Source of the DNA: a candidate division WOR-3 bacterium
GTDB lineage: Bacteria > Hydrothermota > Tepidihabitantia > Tepidihabitantales > DTDR01
Direction of reading: 5' to 3'
DNA: 49,593 bases
Assembly (NCBI GenBank): GCA_039801885.1
Contig: JBDRVN010000004.1
Location: forward strand, 1-49,593
A model generated the notes under the pieces. The model made no database searches. It was not told where the DNA came from and saw only the letters and a program-made list of their open reading frames with translations. Below, one piece after another: positions 37,540 to 46,473 of this stretch; the first letter of the stretch is position 1, and each line of letters opens with the position of its first letter. Position numbers and translations under genes: made by a program.

Positions 37540-37904
37540 TTCAAGATTTTACAAGATTAGTGGTTGCCGATAATACTGGTGCTAAAGAAGCAATGGTAAT
37601 AAAAATTTTGGGTGGGTCTAAAAGAAAATACGGATATATTGGCGATATTGTTATGGTAACAATTAAAGATGCCATACCCCAGGCACCAATTAAAAAGGGT
37701 GATAAAGCAAGAGCGGTAATTGTGCGAACGAAAAAAGAATATCGTCGACCGGATGGTTCTTATATCCGTTTTGATGATAATGCCTGTGTTTTGATTGATG
37801 AGAAAGGAGAACCAAAAGGAACAAGAGTATTCGGACCGGTAGCACGGGAATTAAGAGATAAAATGTTTACCAAAATAATTTCTTTAGCTGCTGAGGTAGT
37901 ATGA
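37536..37904 (+). CDS. rplN: 50S ribosomal protein L14
   Basis: [23 protein letters not shown]. Confidence 0.98.
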   Translation: MIQDFTRLVVADNTGAKEAMVIKILGGSKRKYGYIGDIVMVTIKDAIPQAPIKKGDKARAVIVRTKKEYRRPDGSYIRFDDNACVLIDEKGEPKGTRVFGPVARELRDKMFTKIISLAAEVV

Positions 37905-38233
37905 GACTTAAAACCTATCTTAAGAAAAATGATATTGTTGAAGTGATCTCTGGTGAAGATAAAGGAAAAAGAGGCAAGGTTATTAAGATGCTTTATGAAA
38001 GAGATAAAAATTTAGTCCGCGCAATTGTTGAAGGAGTGAATTTACATAAGAAACATCAAAAACCTCGCGGAGTAGAACAGCCCGGAGGAATTATTGATAT
38101 TCCTTTACCTTTACCAGTTGGTAAATTGGCTTTAATCTGTCCTAAGTGCGGACAAAGAACAAAAGTAAAAAAAGAAAAGGTTGAAAACCGGAGAGTAAGA
38201 ATTTGTAAAAAGTGCAATGAAATCATCGACTGA
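37901..38233 (+). CDS. rplX: 50S ribosomal protein L24
   Basis: [21 protein letters not shown]; C-terminal CPKC/CKKC. Confidence 0.96.
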   Translation: MRLKTYLKKNDIVEVISGEDKGKRGKVIKMLYERDKNLVRAIVEGVNLHKKHQKPRGVEQPGGIIDIPLPLPVGKLALICPKCGQRTKVKKEKVENRRVRICKKCNEIID

Positions 38234-38789
38234 AAAAACTAAATATACTCCAAGATTATTAGAAGAATACCGAAAACGGATTGTTCCCAATTTAATGAAA
38301 AAATTTGGTTATAAAAATCCAATGGAGGTTCCTAAATTAGAAAAGATTGTGATAAATATTGCTGCTGGTGAAGCGATTTCTGACCCAAAAATTTTAGATG
38401 TTATTAGTGAAGATTTAAGTTTAATAACCGGTCAAAGACCAATGATTGTAAGGGCAAGAAGATCAGTTTCTGCCTTCAAATTAAGAAAGGGAATGCCGAT
38501 TGCCTGTAAAGTGACATTGCGGGGTTATCGGATGTACGAATTTTTGGACCGTTTCCTTAATTTTGCCGCGCCAAGAATTAGAGATTTCCGTGGTTTTAAT
38601 CCTTCTTCTTTCGATACCCGTGGAAATTATAATTTAGGAATTGATGAACAAGTAATCTTTCCAGAAATTGACGCAAGTAAAGTGAAAAAAGTTTTTGGAA
38701 TGGATATCACTTTTGTTACTACCGCAAAGAAAGATGACGAAGCAAAAGCGTTATTAGAAGAATTTGGAATGGTATTTAGAAGGGAGTAA
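38217..38789 (+). CDS. rplE: 50S ribosomal protein L5
   Basis: [31 protein letters not shown]. Confidence 0.98.
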   Translation: MKSSTEKTKYTPRLLEEYRKRIVPNLMKKFGYKNPMEVPKLEKIVINIAAGEAISDPKILDVISEDLSLITGQRPMIVRARRSVSAFKLRKGMPIACKVTLRGYRMYEFLDRFLNFAAPRIRDFRGFNPSSFDTRGNYNLGIDEQVIFPEIDASKVKKVFGMDITFVTTAKKDDEAKALLEEFGMVFRRE

Positions 38790-38790
38790 A

Positions 38791-38976
38791 ATGGCAAGAA
38801 AATGTCAAATTGAAAAAATTAAAAGAGAACCAAAATATAAAACAAGAATAAAATTTCGGTGTCAAAGATGTTTTCGTTCTCGTGGCTATCTAAGAAAATT
38901 TGGACTTTGTCGTATCTGCTTTCGCGAGCTGGCTTTGAAAGGCGAAATCCCTGGAGTAAGAAAAGCAAGTTGGTAA
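38791..38976 (+). CDS. rpsN: 30S ribosomal protein S14, zinc (type Z)
   Basis: RCQRC...[16 protein letters not shown]; ATG 38791 after AGGGAG (track start 38764). Confidence 0.96.
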   Translation: MARKCQIEKIKREPKYKTRIKFRCQRCFRSRGYLRKFGLCRICFRELALKGEIPGVRKASW

Positions 38977-38989
38977 ATTAGGAGGAAAA

Positions 38990-39385
38990 ATGATTACTGA
39001 TCCAATTAGTGATATGCTAACAAGAATAAGAAATGCCTTAATGGTTCGTCACAAAGAAGTAAAGATTCCTTATTCTAAAATGAAATTAGAAATTAGTCGA
39101 GTTCTTTTAGAAGAAGGTTATATTAATAATTTTCAGGTTATTGGTGAAGGTATAAAAAAAGAGATTAATATCATTTTAAAATATACCGAAGACGGTAAAC
39201 CAGTAATTTATGGCTTGAAAAGAATTTCTAAACCAAGTCGAAGAGTTTATGTAGGTGTGAAAGATATTCCCAAAGTAAAAGGTGGGTTAGGAATTGCTAT
39301 CCTTTCTACTCCCAAAGGTATTCTTACTGACCGAGAGGCAAGAAAAGAAAAAGTTGGTGGTGAACTTCTTTTGGAGGTCTGGTGA
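38990..39385 (+). CDS. rpsH: 30S ribosomal protein S8
   Basis: [26 protein letters not shown]. Confidence 0.98.
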   Translation: MITDPISDMLTRIRNALMVRHKEVKIPYSKMKLEISRVLLEEGYINNFQVIGEGIKKEINIILKYTEDGKPVIYGLKRISKPSRRVYVGVKDIPKVKGGLGIAILSTPKGILTDREARKEKVGGELLLEVW

Positions 39386-39546
39386 TTTTTTTAATCTCCC
39401 AACAGATCTTTACCCAATCATTTATTAGAAGGTTAGGTTTTGGATTTTTAGGATTCCTCTATCTGGTTTTAGGATTTTTATTATTCTCAATAATTTTCTG
39501 GTTAGTCTATCTCTATTTAGTAAAAGGAAAAGAAAAGAAAGATTAA
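39382..39546 (+). CDS. Putative 54-aa membrane protein, not in the ORF track
   Basis: GTG overlaps the rpsH TGA; GGAGG at 39373-39377; [54 protein letters not shown]. Confidence 0.55.
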   Translation: MIFLISQQIFTQSFIRRLGFGFLGFLYLVLGFLLFSIIFWLVYLYLVKGKEKKD

Positions 39547-39601
39547 ATTTACTCCCTCATAAATTATAACATATTTCTAAATTTGCCAGTATCAAAATTT
39601 T

Positions 39602-39623
39602 AATAAACCTTAATAGGTTTATT
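39602..39623. other. Inverted repeat AATAAACCT-TAAT-AGGTTTATT (terminator or operator)
   Basis: Perfect 9-bp arms between convergent units. Confidence 0.4.
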
Positions 39624-39688
39624 TGAGTCTAATATTATTTTAAATTTATTATAAAAAGGAGCTATATAGGATATAATATAGATTTCAT

Positions 39689-40369
39689 TTATTTTAATTC
39701 CCTTATGATAACAATTGGTGTCATTTCGTTACTTTGACCAGCCGGATTATCTTTTAATATTTGTTCTATTAATTTTTTATCTACATTATTAGAAGAAGCA
39801 ATAACCCAACTGCCGCCAATATCATTAACATCTACAATAGCGACTGGTAAAGATAAAGAAGCATTTATTTTCTTAACAACTTCTTCGGGGTTTTGGGGAC
39901 CCATTATTACACATTCGTAATATTCTTTTATTCCTGATGTATAAGGAGCATCAATCATTGCTGCCTGTTTACCGGCAATCCGATAGAAATCGCCTCTTCT
40001 ACCCCAAAATTTAGTAATCCCCCCAATAATGGCTGCTATCAATATTCTTATTTTTCCACATTCTCTGATAGCGCATTCCATACTATAAGGATTTCTTAAA
40101 CCAGTTCCGTAAGGAACTTTTCTAACAAATCGCCAAAGAAATTTTGCCAATAAAGAAACTTTTATTTCCTTTATTGGTATTGCCCTTCCCTGGCTACAAG
40201 AAACCGCGCTTTCACTTATCGTAATTATATCGTTTTTTTGTAAAATTCCTTTAGTGTTTTCTTTAATTATTTGAATTAAATCATCTCCTTTTTTAATTAA
40301 TCCAGTTTTTATCGGTATTCTTAAATATCTTTTACCGTTGATTTCAATTATTGGCTCTTTTTTTCTCAT
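39689..40369 (-). CDS. CofE-like (F420-0:gamma-glutamyl ligase family) protein
   Basis: RIPIKTGLI, ISESAVSCSQGR, AAMID, IVDVNDIG, DNPAGQSNEMTPIVIIR. Confidence 0.75.
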   Translation of the reverse strand: MRKKEPIIEINGKRYLRIPIKTGLIKKGDDLIQIIKENTKGILQKNDIITISESAVSCSQGRAIPIKEIKVSLLAKFLWRFVRKVPYGTGLRNPYSMECAIRECGKIRILIAAIIGGITKFWGRRGDFYRIAGKQAAMIDAPYTSGIKEYYECVIMGPQNPEEVVKKINASLSLPVAIVDVNDIGGSWVIASSNNVDKKLIEQILKDNPAGQSNEMTPIVIIRELK

Positions 40370-40408
40370 CTTAAAAGTTATAACTTATGTTTTATAATAT
40401 TTAAAAAT

Positions 40409-40437
40409 TTGAAAATTTCAAGAAAAATCTTTATAAT
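40409..40437 (+). promoter_or_regulatory. lipB promoter, leaderless-type
   Basis: TTGAAA 40409-40414 (the track's TTG start is this -35 box), 17 nt, TATAAT 40432-40437, 7 nt, ATG 40445. Confidence 0.7.
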
Positions 40438-40444
40438 TAAACCT

Positions 40445-41065
40445 ATGGAAATTATTGATTTAGATAAAAAAAATTTTAAAGAAACCTATCAATTACAAAA
40501 ATTTTATATTGAGAAAAGAAAAAATAATGAGATAGATGATTTATTAATTTTAGTAGAACATCCGCCAGTTATCACACTTGGTCGAAATGGCAAAATAGAA
40601 AACCTTTTGATTTCTAAAGAAAAATTAAAAGAGTTAAATATAGAATTTTATCAAATTGAAAGGGGAGGAGATATAACAATTCATAATTATGGTCAATTAG
40701 TTGGTTATTTTATTTTTTACTTAAAAAATGGTTTTTGGGATATGAAAATTTTTATTGATAAAATTGAAGATTTGATTATCCAACTTTTAAAATCTTTTAA
40801 TATTAATGCCGAAAAGAAAGAAAAACTTATTGGAGTTTTTGTAAAGGATAAAAAAATTTGTTCCATTGGAATGGCAATTGATAAAAATATTACTTTCCAC
40901 GGATTTGCTTTGAATGTAAATAATGATTTAAGTTATTTTCAGTTAATAAATCCCTGCGGGATAAAAGATTTAAAAATGACATCCATAAAAGAGGAGTTAA
41001 AAAAAGAGATCACAATCGAAGAAGTAAAAAAAGAATTGGCAAAAATTTTTAAAAATGGCTTTTGA
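40445..41065 (+). CDS. lipB: Lipoyl(octanoyl) transferase
   Basis: LVEHPPVITLGR, RGGDITIH..GQLVGY, KICSIG, HGFALNV, INPCG; start reassigned from 40409. Confidence 0.93.
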   Translation: MEIIDLDKKNFKETYQLQKFYIEKRKNNEIDDLLILVEHPPVITLGRNGKIENLLISKEKLKELNIEFYQIERGGDITIHNYGQLVGYFIFYLKNGFWDMKIFIDKIEDLIIQLLKSFNINAEKKEKLIGVFVKDKKICSIGMAIDKNITFHGFALNVNNDLSYFQLINPCGIKDLKMTSIKEELKKEITIEEVKKELAKIFKNGF

Positions 41066-42110
41066 TTATTCTAAAGAAAATTTATTATTTTTGATAAACA
41101 ATTATTTTGAAATTCATCAGGTTAGCGAACGAACTTTTATTGGCAAATTAAGAGAACCCTGGGAGATTAATTTAAAAAATTTAAAGATTATGTTAGAGTC
41201 TTACGGTTATATTCCTTTCTTTTCCAAAAAGAAAAATTTTCATATATTAACTTTGGTAGAAAAAATTTATAAAGAAGAAAAGAAAGAGAATTATTGGATA
41301 AATTTATTTTTGTTTCTTTTAACCCTTTTAACTACTTTATTGGTCGGTTCTTTTCATCAAGGTGGTAATCCTTTTTTAAGAATTAGTGATATTTTTTTAG
41401 GAATTCCATTTTCTTTTTCTCTTTTAGCAATTTTAGGTTCTCATGAATTGGGACATTATTTTATGGCAAGAAAAGAAAATGTTTCGGTAAGTTTGCCTTA
41501 TTTTTTACCCGTTCCTCATCCATTAATTGGCACAATGGGAGCCTTTATTAAAATGCGTTCAATCATTCCTTCTAAGAAATCTTTAATTAGAGTGGGCATT
41601 GCTGGACCTTTAACTGGTTTTTTGGTTGCTTTACCGATAACATATTTTGGACTAAAACTTTCTAAGATAATAAGATTAGAAGAGATAAGATACGGTCTAT
41701 CTTTAGGAAATTCAATTATCTTTTCGGCATTAACAAAAATTGTTTTTAAAGATATTCCTCAGGGATTTGATATTCTTTTACATCCAATGGCTTTTGCTGG
41801 TTGGTTAGGATTTTTTGTAACGGCTTTAAACCTTATTCCCTTAGGACAATTAGATGGTGGCCATATTGCCTATGCTGTCTTTGGTCGTTTTAAATTATTT
41901 ATAATTGTTGTTTTAGGAATTCTTATCTATTTAAGTAGATATTGGCTTGGTTGGTTATTTTGGGTAATTATTGTTTCTTTAATTAGTCTAAAACATCCGC
42001 CAGTCCAAGATGAGATTACTTCCTTAACAAAGAAGGATATACTTTTAACAATACTTGCTTTTATAATTTTATTATTAACATTTCCACCAAAACCTTTTGG
42101 GACAATGTAA
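41055..42110 (+). CDS. Site-2 protease (M50) membrane metalloprotease
   Basis: HELGH, GIAGPL, NLIPLGQLDGGH. Confidence 0.92.
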   Translation: MAFDYSKENLLFLINNYFEIHQVSERTFIGKLREPWEINLKNLKIMLESYGYIPFFSKKKNFHILTLVEKIYKEEKKENYWINLFLFLLTLLTTLLVGSFHQGGNPFLRISDIFLGIPFSFSLLAILGSHELGHYFMARKENVSVSLPYFLPVPHPLIGTMGAFIKMRSIIPSKKSLIRVGIAGPLTGFLVALPITYFGLKLSKIIRLEEIRYGLSLGNSIIFSALTKIVFKDIPQGFDILLHPMAFAGWLGFFVTALNLIPLGQLDGGHIAYAVFGRFKLFIIVVLGILIYLSRYWLGWLFWVIIVSLISLKHPPVQDEITSLTKKDILLTILAFIILLLTFPPKPFGTM

Positions 42111-42111
42111 T

Positions 42112-43026
42112 ATGGAGACAAAAATTTGTGCTGTTTTTCCTGGGCAAGGTTCTCAATATGTAGGAATGGGAAAAGACTTATATGAAAATTTCCCGATAGC
42201 AAAAAAAATTTATGATGAAGCTTGTGAAATTTTGGGTTTTGATATTAAAAGAATATCCTTTGAAGGCAGTGAAGAAGATTTAAAAAGAACTTCTATTACC
42301 CAACCAGCAGTTCTTCTCCATTCAATTGTCTGTTTAGAACTATTTAAAACTTTTAAAAATGAAAAATTTGATTTGGTAATGGGTCATAGTTTAGGCGAAT
42401 ATACTGCTCTATATGCCAGCGGTGTTTTTGATTTTCCAACAGTATTAAAATTAGTTAAAAAAAGGGGAGAACTAATGGAAAAAGCAGGGAAAGAAAGAGC
42501 GGGAACAATGGCGGCGGTTATTGGTTTGTCGGAAGAGAAAATAAAAGAAGTTTGTAAAAAGGTTTCAGGTATTTGTGTTCCGGCAAATTTTAATAGTCCT
42601 TTCCAAATAGTAATTGCTGGCGAGATTTCTGCGGTAAAGGAAGCCTATGAGATATTAACAAAAGAAAAATTAAAAGTTGTTATGCTTCCGGTTTCTGGTG
42701 CCTTTCATTCACCATTAATGGAACCGGCTTATTTAGAATTCAAAGAATACCTTTATCAATTTAATTTTAATGTTCCCCAAATACCAATAATAATGAATGC
42801 CACTGGTGAAATTTCTAATGATGTTAGTACGATTAAAAAAAATTTAGAAATACAAATTATTTCGCCAGTTTTGTGGAAAAAAAGCGTAGAGGCAGCAATT
42901 AATTACGGTTGCCAGACTTTTTACGAGATTGGACCGGGAAAAGTTTTAAGCAGTCTTGTTAAAAAGACCGAAGAAAAAGCAATTGTATATAATTTTGGTA
43001 AAAAAGAAGATTTCTTTATTCAATAA
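42112..43026 (+). CDS. fabD: Malonyl-CoA-ACP transacylase
   Basis: FPGQGSQ, TQPA, GHSLGEY, VSGAFHS; ATG 42112 preferred over 42097. Confidence 0.96.
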   Translation: METKICAVFPGQGSQYVGMGKDLYENFPIAKKIYDEACEILGFDIKRISFEGSEEDLKRTSITQPAVLLHSIVCLELFKTFKNEKFDLVMGHSLGEYTALYASGVFDFPTVLKLVKKRGELMEKAGKERAGTMAAVIGLSEEKIKEVCKKVSGICVPANFNSPFQIVIAGEISAVKEAYEILTKEKLKVVMLPVSGAFHSPLMEPAYLEFKEYLYQFNFNVPQIPIIMNATGEISNDVSTIKKNLEIQIISPVLWKKSVEAAINYGCQTFYEIGPGKVLSSLVKKTEEKAIVYNFGKKEDFFIQ

Positions 43027-44712
43027 TTGATTTATCTTTATTTCCTAATTATTTTTCTTATTTTATTTTCTACTCTTTCACCGACCGTTGGTTTAATTGA
43101 TTCCGGAGAAATGATTTTTGGCATTAACTATTTAAATATTTTACATCCTACCGGTTATCCATTATTTACTTTGCTTGGCAAAGTATTTTCTTTTTTACTT
43201 TTTTTAGAACCGGCTTTCAAAGGAAATCTCTTTTCTTTTTTGCTTGGTTTTTCCACAATAATCCTTTTATATTTTTTAATTAAAGAAATTACCCAAGATA
43301 AAATTGTTTCTTTAATTTATATTACCCTTTTTTCTTTCAATAATCTTTTTTGGCCAATAGTTAACGAAATAGAAGTTTATTCTCTAACTGCTTTTTTTCT
43401 GGTATTATTAATATATCTATTTTTAAAAAAAGAAGAGAAAAATATTTTTCTTTTTACTGCTTATGTTCTGGGAATATCTTTGACTCATCATTTAATGTTA
43501 CTTTCAATAGTTTTGCCAATGATAATTTATTTTCTTTTAAAAAGAAAGAGAGAATTTTTCTTATTTATTATTTTCTTTCTTATTGGTTTTTCTCTTTATT
43601 TTTATTTGCTAATCAGAGCAAATTCAGACCCAATATTTAATTGGGGAAATCCCAAAGATTTTTTACGACTTTTCTGGCATATTAGTGGTAGACAATATCG
43701 GGTTTGGTCTTTTTCTTTGCCTATTAATGAAGTTATAAAAAATTTTGTTAACGAAATAAGTTTCCTAATTAAAGAAATGATTTATATTTATTTTCTTTTC
43801 GCAATCATTGGAATTTATCTTCTTTTTCAAAAGAATCGGGAATTGGGTATAATTTTAATTATTACAATAATTATTGGTATTTTAAATTCAATAAATTATA
43901 GCATTCCTGATATTCAACCTTATTATTTACCTGCTTTTATTTCCTTGATTATCTTCTCTTCTTATGGATTTTCCCATATTAAAATTTTTTCTCAAAAAAT
44001 TATAAGATTATTGATTTTTTTTATAACCTTTTTAATACTAATAATTTCCAATTATAAAAAAAATAATAAAAAAGATTTCTATTTAGCCTACGACTTTACT
44101 TATAATATTTTAAAATCTTTACCAAAAAATTCCTTGGTAATAACTGACTGGTGGGATTTTTATTCACCCTCTTTATATTTTCGTTATTTAAAAGATTTTC
44201 GTAAAGATTTAGTTATTATTGATAAAGAACTTCTGAGAAGGACTTTTTATTTAGATTATTTAAGAAAAGTTTATCCAGATTTAATAAGTAATGTAGAAAA
44301 AGAGTTAAAAGATTATGAAAAGTATCTTTATCAGTTTGAATATAACAAATTAAAAGACCCTTTAGGAATTCAAAATGCTTATATAAATTTACTTGTAAGT
44401 TTTGTCGAAAATAAAAAAGATAATGCCTACCTTGTTTATTTAAATTTAAATGACCCCGATTTAAAAATTTTTCTCATAAATAAAAAAATTATTCCTTATT
44501 TTTTAACTTTCCAAATTAAAGACACTTTGGAATATCAATATTATGATTTTAAAAATTTATATTACCGAAAGCCCAAAAAGATTTTAGACGAACGGGAAAA
44601 TTTAATTATTGATTACTACAAAAAAATGATAAATGCTAATATCTATTTTTTAGAAAAAATAAAAGAAAAAGAAAAGACAAATGAACTGAAAGAAATACTA
44701 AAAAGATTTTAA
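43027..44712 (+). CDS. DUF2723/TMEM260-like GT-C membrane glycosyltransferase
   Basis: DSGE, ILHPTGYPLF, EVYSL, NWGNP, YSIPDIQPYYLP; many TM segments. Confidence 0.8.
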   Translation: MIYLYFLIIFLILFSTLSPTVGLIDSGEMIFGINYLNILHPTGYPLFTLLGKVFSFLLFLEPAFKGNLFSFLLGFSTIILLYFLIKEITQDKIVSLIYITLFSFNNLFWPIVNEIEVYSLTAFFLVLLIYLFLKKEEKNIFLFTAYVLGISLTHHLMLLSIVLPMIIYFLLKRKREFFLFIIFFLIGFSLYFYLLIRANSDPIFNWGNPKDFLRLFWHISGRQYRVWSFSLPINEVIKNFVNEISFLIKEMIYIYFLFAIIGIYLLFQKNRELGIILIITIIIGILNSINYSIPDIQPYYLPAFISLIIFSSYGFSHIKIFSQKIIRLLIFFITFLILIISNYKKNNKKDFYLAYDFTYNILKSLPKNSLVITDWWDFYSPSLYFRYLKDFRKDLVIIDKELLRRTFYLDYLRKVYPDLISNVEKELKDYEKYLYQFEYNKLKDPLGIQNAYINLLVSFVENKKDNAYLVYLNLNDPDLKIFLINKKIIPYFLTFQIKDTLEYQYYDFKNLYYRKPKKILDERENLIIDYYKKMINANIYFLEKIKEKEKTNELKEILKRF

Positions 44713-44784
44713 CTGGGGGACAGGGATTCGAACCCCGACCATCTGATCCAGAGTCAGATGTCCTGCCAGTTAGACGATCCCCCA
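44713..44784 (-). tRNA. tRNA-Gln(CUG)
   Basis: TGGGGGA/TCCCCCA acceptor stem, TCTGA-CTCTGGA-TCAGA anticodon arm, GGTTCGAATCC T-loop; CCA not encoded. Confidence 0.96.
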
Positions 44785-44793
44785 ATTATATAA

Positions 44794-44821
44794 ATTGTAA
44801 ATAAATAAATAGAATTTTCAA
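44794..44821 (-). promoter_or_regulatory. tRNA-Gln promoter
   Basis: TTGAAA 44821-44816, 16 nt, TACAAT 44799-44794. Confidence 0.55.
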
Positions 44822-44842
44822 GAATTTGTTACTATACCAAAT

Positions 44843-44870
44843 TTGACATTTATTTTTTAAATTGTATAAT
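44843..44870 (+). promoter_or_regulatory. Consensus promoter of the GIY-YIG gene
   Basis: TTGACA 44843-44848, 16 nt, TATAAT 44865-44870; AAGGAGG SD before ATG 44900. Confidence 0.75.
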
Positions 44871-44899
44871 ATTGTAAAAATATTAAAAAGGAGGAAAAA

Positions 44900-45304
44900 A
44901 TGGCCAGGCGATGGATTCCATCAATACCTACTTCTTATGCTTGGAAAGGAGCTTATGCAACCGAATGGGAAGGTTTTGAGAAAGCGAGAATTCGTCAATG
45001 GCGAATAATTAAAGAATGGAAATTTAGAAGAATAAACAAAGACGATTATGGAATTGATGATATTAAGAATGTGTGTGGAATTTATGTATTTCTTAATAAA
45101 GATAATTATGTATTATATATTGGCAGCTCCCGGAATCTACAAAGAAGAATTAAACAGACATACGAGAATTTTGCCAAATTTCAAAAAGTTTACATATCTA
45201 AAATTACTGCTTGTCAAGTAATAAATAAACGTGAAGCAGAAATTGGGGAAAGTGATCTTCTTTGGTATTATATACCACCATGGAATACTACTTTTCATAA
45301 ATAG
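44900..45304 (+). CDS. Stand-alone GIY-YIG nuclease
   Basis: GIYVF...LYIGSSRNLQRR, later E..E..LL...PPWN. Confidence 0.8.
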   Translation: MARRWIPSIPTSYAWKGAYATEWEGFEKARIRQWRIIKEWKFRRINKDDYGIDDIKNVCGIYVFLNKDNYVLYIGSSRNLQRRIKQTYENFAKFQKVYISKITACQVINKREAEIGESDLLWYYIPPWNTTFHK

Positions 45305-45317
45305 TTTAAAGATTTTC

Positions 45318-45346
45318 TTGTTTTTTAATATTTATTTAGTTAAAAT
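45318..45346 (+). promoter_or_regulatory. Leaderless-type promoter
   Basis: TTGTTT 45318-45323, 17 nt, TAAAAT 45341-45346, 5 nt, ATG 45352. Confidence 0.5.
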
Positions 45347-45351
45347 TTATT

Positions 45352-46473
45352 ATGTTAAATTCTTTTTTTTATCGTAAGGAATTTCCAATTTTAGAAAAAT
45401 ACATTTATCTTAATAATGCTGCTTGTGGTCCAATGCCTCTACGAACCAAAAAGGCGATAGAGGAGTGGCTTGATAAGTATGTTTATGAAGGAAATATTGA
45501 GTGGGAAGAATGTGAGACACTATCAGAAGAAACAAGAGAAATTGTTGCTAATTTTTTAAATGCTAATAAAGAAGAAATATGTTTTAAAAGAAATACAAGC
45601 GAAGGAATTTTAACGGTTCTAAGTCTTATTAAGTTTAATAAAAATGATAATATAATTGTTGCAAAAGACAATTTTCCAGCGAATTTTTTGCCCTATCAAA
45701 ATTTTAATAAAGTTGAAAAGAAATATGTTTCAATTTTAAAAGGTGATATTTTAAAACAAATTAAAAAAGTATTTAATAGGAAAACGAGATTAATTGCTTT
45801 GGATTGGATACATTTTCTTTCTGGTTATCAAATTCCTTTAAAAGAAATAAGCGAATTTTGTAAAAATTATGATTGTTTTTTATTGATTGATGGAATTCAA
45901 GGAATTGGAGCATTAGAAATTGATTTAAAAGAGATAGATATTGATTTTCTTGTTTTTGGCGGCGGTAAATGGATTTTTCTACCACAAGGAATTGGAGTGC
46001 TATATATTAAAAAAGAGGTTTTAACAAATCTAAAAATAAATTTTGTTGGTTGGCTCGGATACGAATGGAAGGAGTTTAATAAAATATTCACCAAAAAAAG
46101 ATTGAAAAAAAGTGCTGATAAATTAGAAGAGGGAACAAAAAATTATTTAGGGATTGTTGGTTTAAAAGAAAATATAGGATTTTTAAACCGAATTGGGATT
46201 AAAAATATTCAAAATTATCTTTTATTTTTAACTAATTATCTAATTGAGCAATTAAAAGATTTAAATTTTGATATTTTAGAAAGAAATAAAGGAAGTGGTA
46301 TTGTTGCTTGTAAAAGAAAAGATAAAGAAAGCGGAATTCTTTATCAAAAGATTTTAGAAAAAGGATTTAAAATTTCTTTAAGAGAAGATTATTTAAGAAT
46401 ATCACCCCATTTTTATAATACGAAGGAAGATATCGATAATTTAGTTGAAACATTAGCTTATCTAATAAAATGA
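45352..46473 (+). CDS. Class V PLP-dependent aminotransferase-like enzyme
   Basis: IYLNNAACGP, IDGIQGIG, FGGGKW (PLP Lys), LRISPHFYN; no desulfurase Cys loop seen. Confidence 0.85.
   Translation: MLNSFFYRKEFPILEKYIYLNNAACGPMPLRTKKAIEEWLDKYVYEGNIEWEECETLSEETREIVANFLNANKEEICFKRNTSEGILTVLSLIKFNKNDNIIVAKDNFPANFLPYQNFNKVEKKYVSILKGDILKQIKKVFNRKTRLIALDWIHFLSGYQIPLKEISEFCKNYDCFLLIDGIQGIGALEIDLKEIDIDFLVFGGGKWIFLPQGIGVLYIKKEVLTNLKINFVGWLGYEWKEFNKIFTKKRLKKSADKLEEGTKNYLGIVGLKENIGFLNRIGIKNIQNYLLFLTNYLIEQLKDLNFDILERNKGSGIVACKRKDKESGILYQKILEKGFKISLREDYLRISPHFYNTKEDIDNLVETLAYLIK

Noticed and set aside
37901-38976. Zinc-ribbon forms of L24 and S14 (and L32 at 17896)
   Set aside because: C+ variants are well known in many lineages; not unusual by themselves.
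39430-39560. Minus-strand ORF starting at ATG 39560
   Set aside because: It stops after three codons (ATG AGG GAG TAA); the plus-strand 54-aa frame has proper initiation signals.
39689-40369. Evidence for F420 biosynthesis
   Set aside because: One CofE-like gene without the other cof genes is insufficient.
40409-40444. N-terminal extension of LipB from the TTG start
   Set aside because: The TTG is the -35 hexamer of the promoter; ATG 40445 fits the leaderless geometry and the usual LipB N-terminus.
44713-45304. tRNA-targeted genomic island (att site)
   Set aside because: The nuclease lies 5' of the tRNA, no duplicate of the tRNA 3' end was seen in the window, and there is no integrase.
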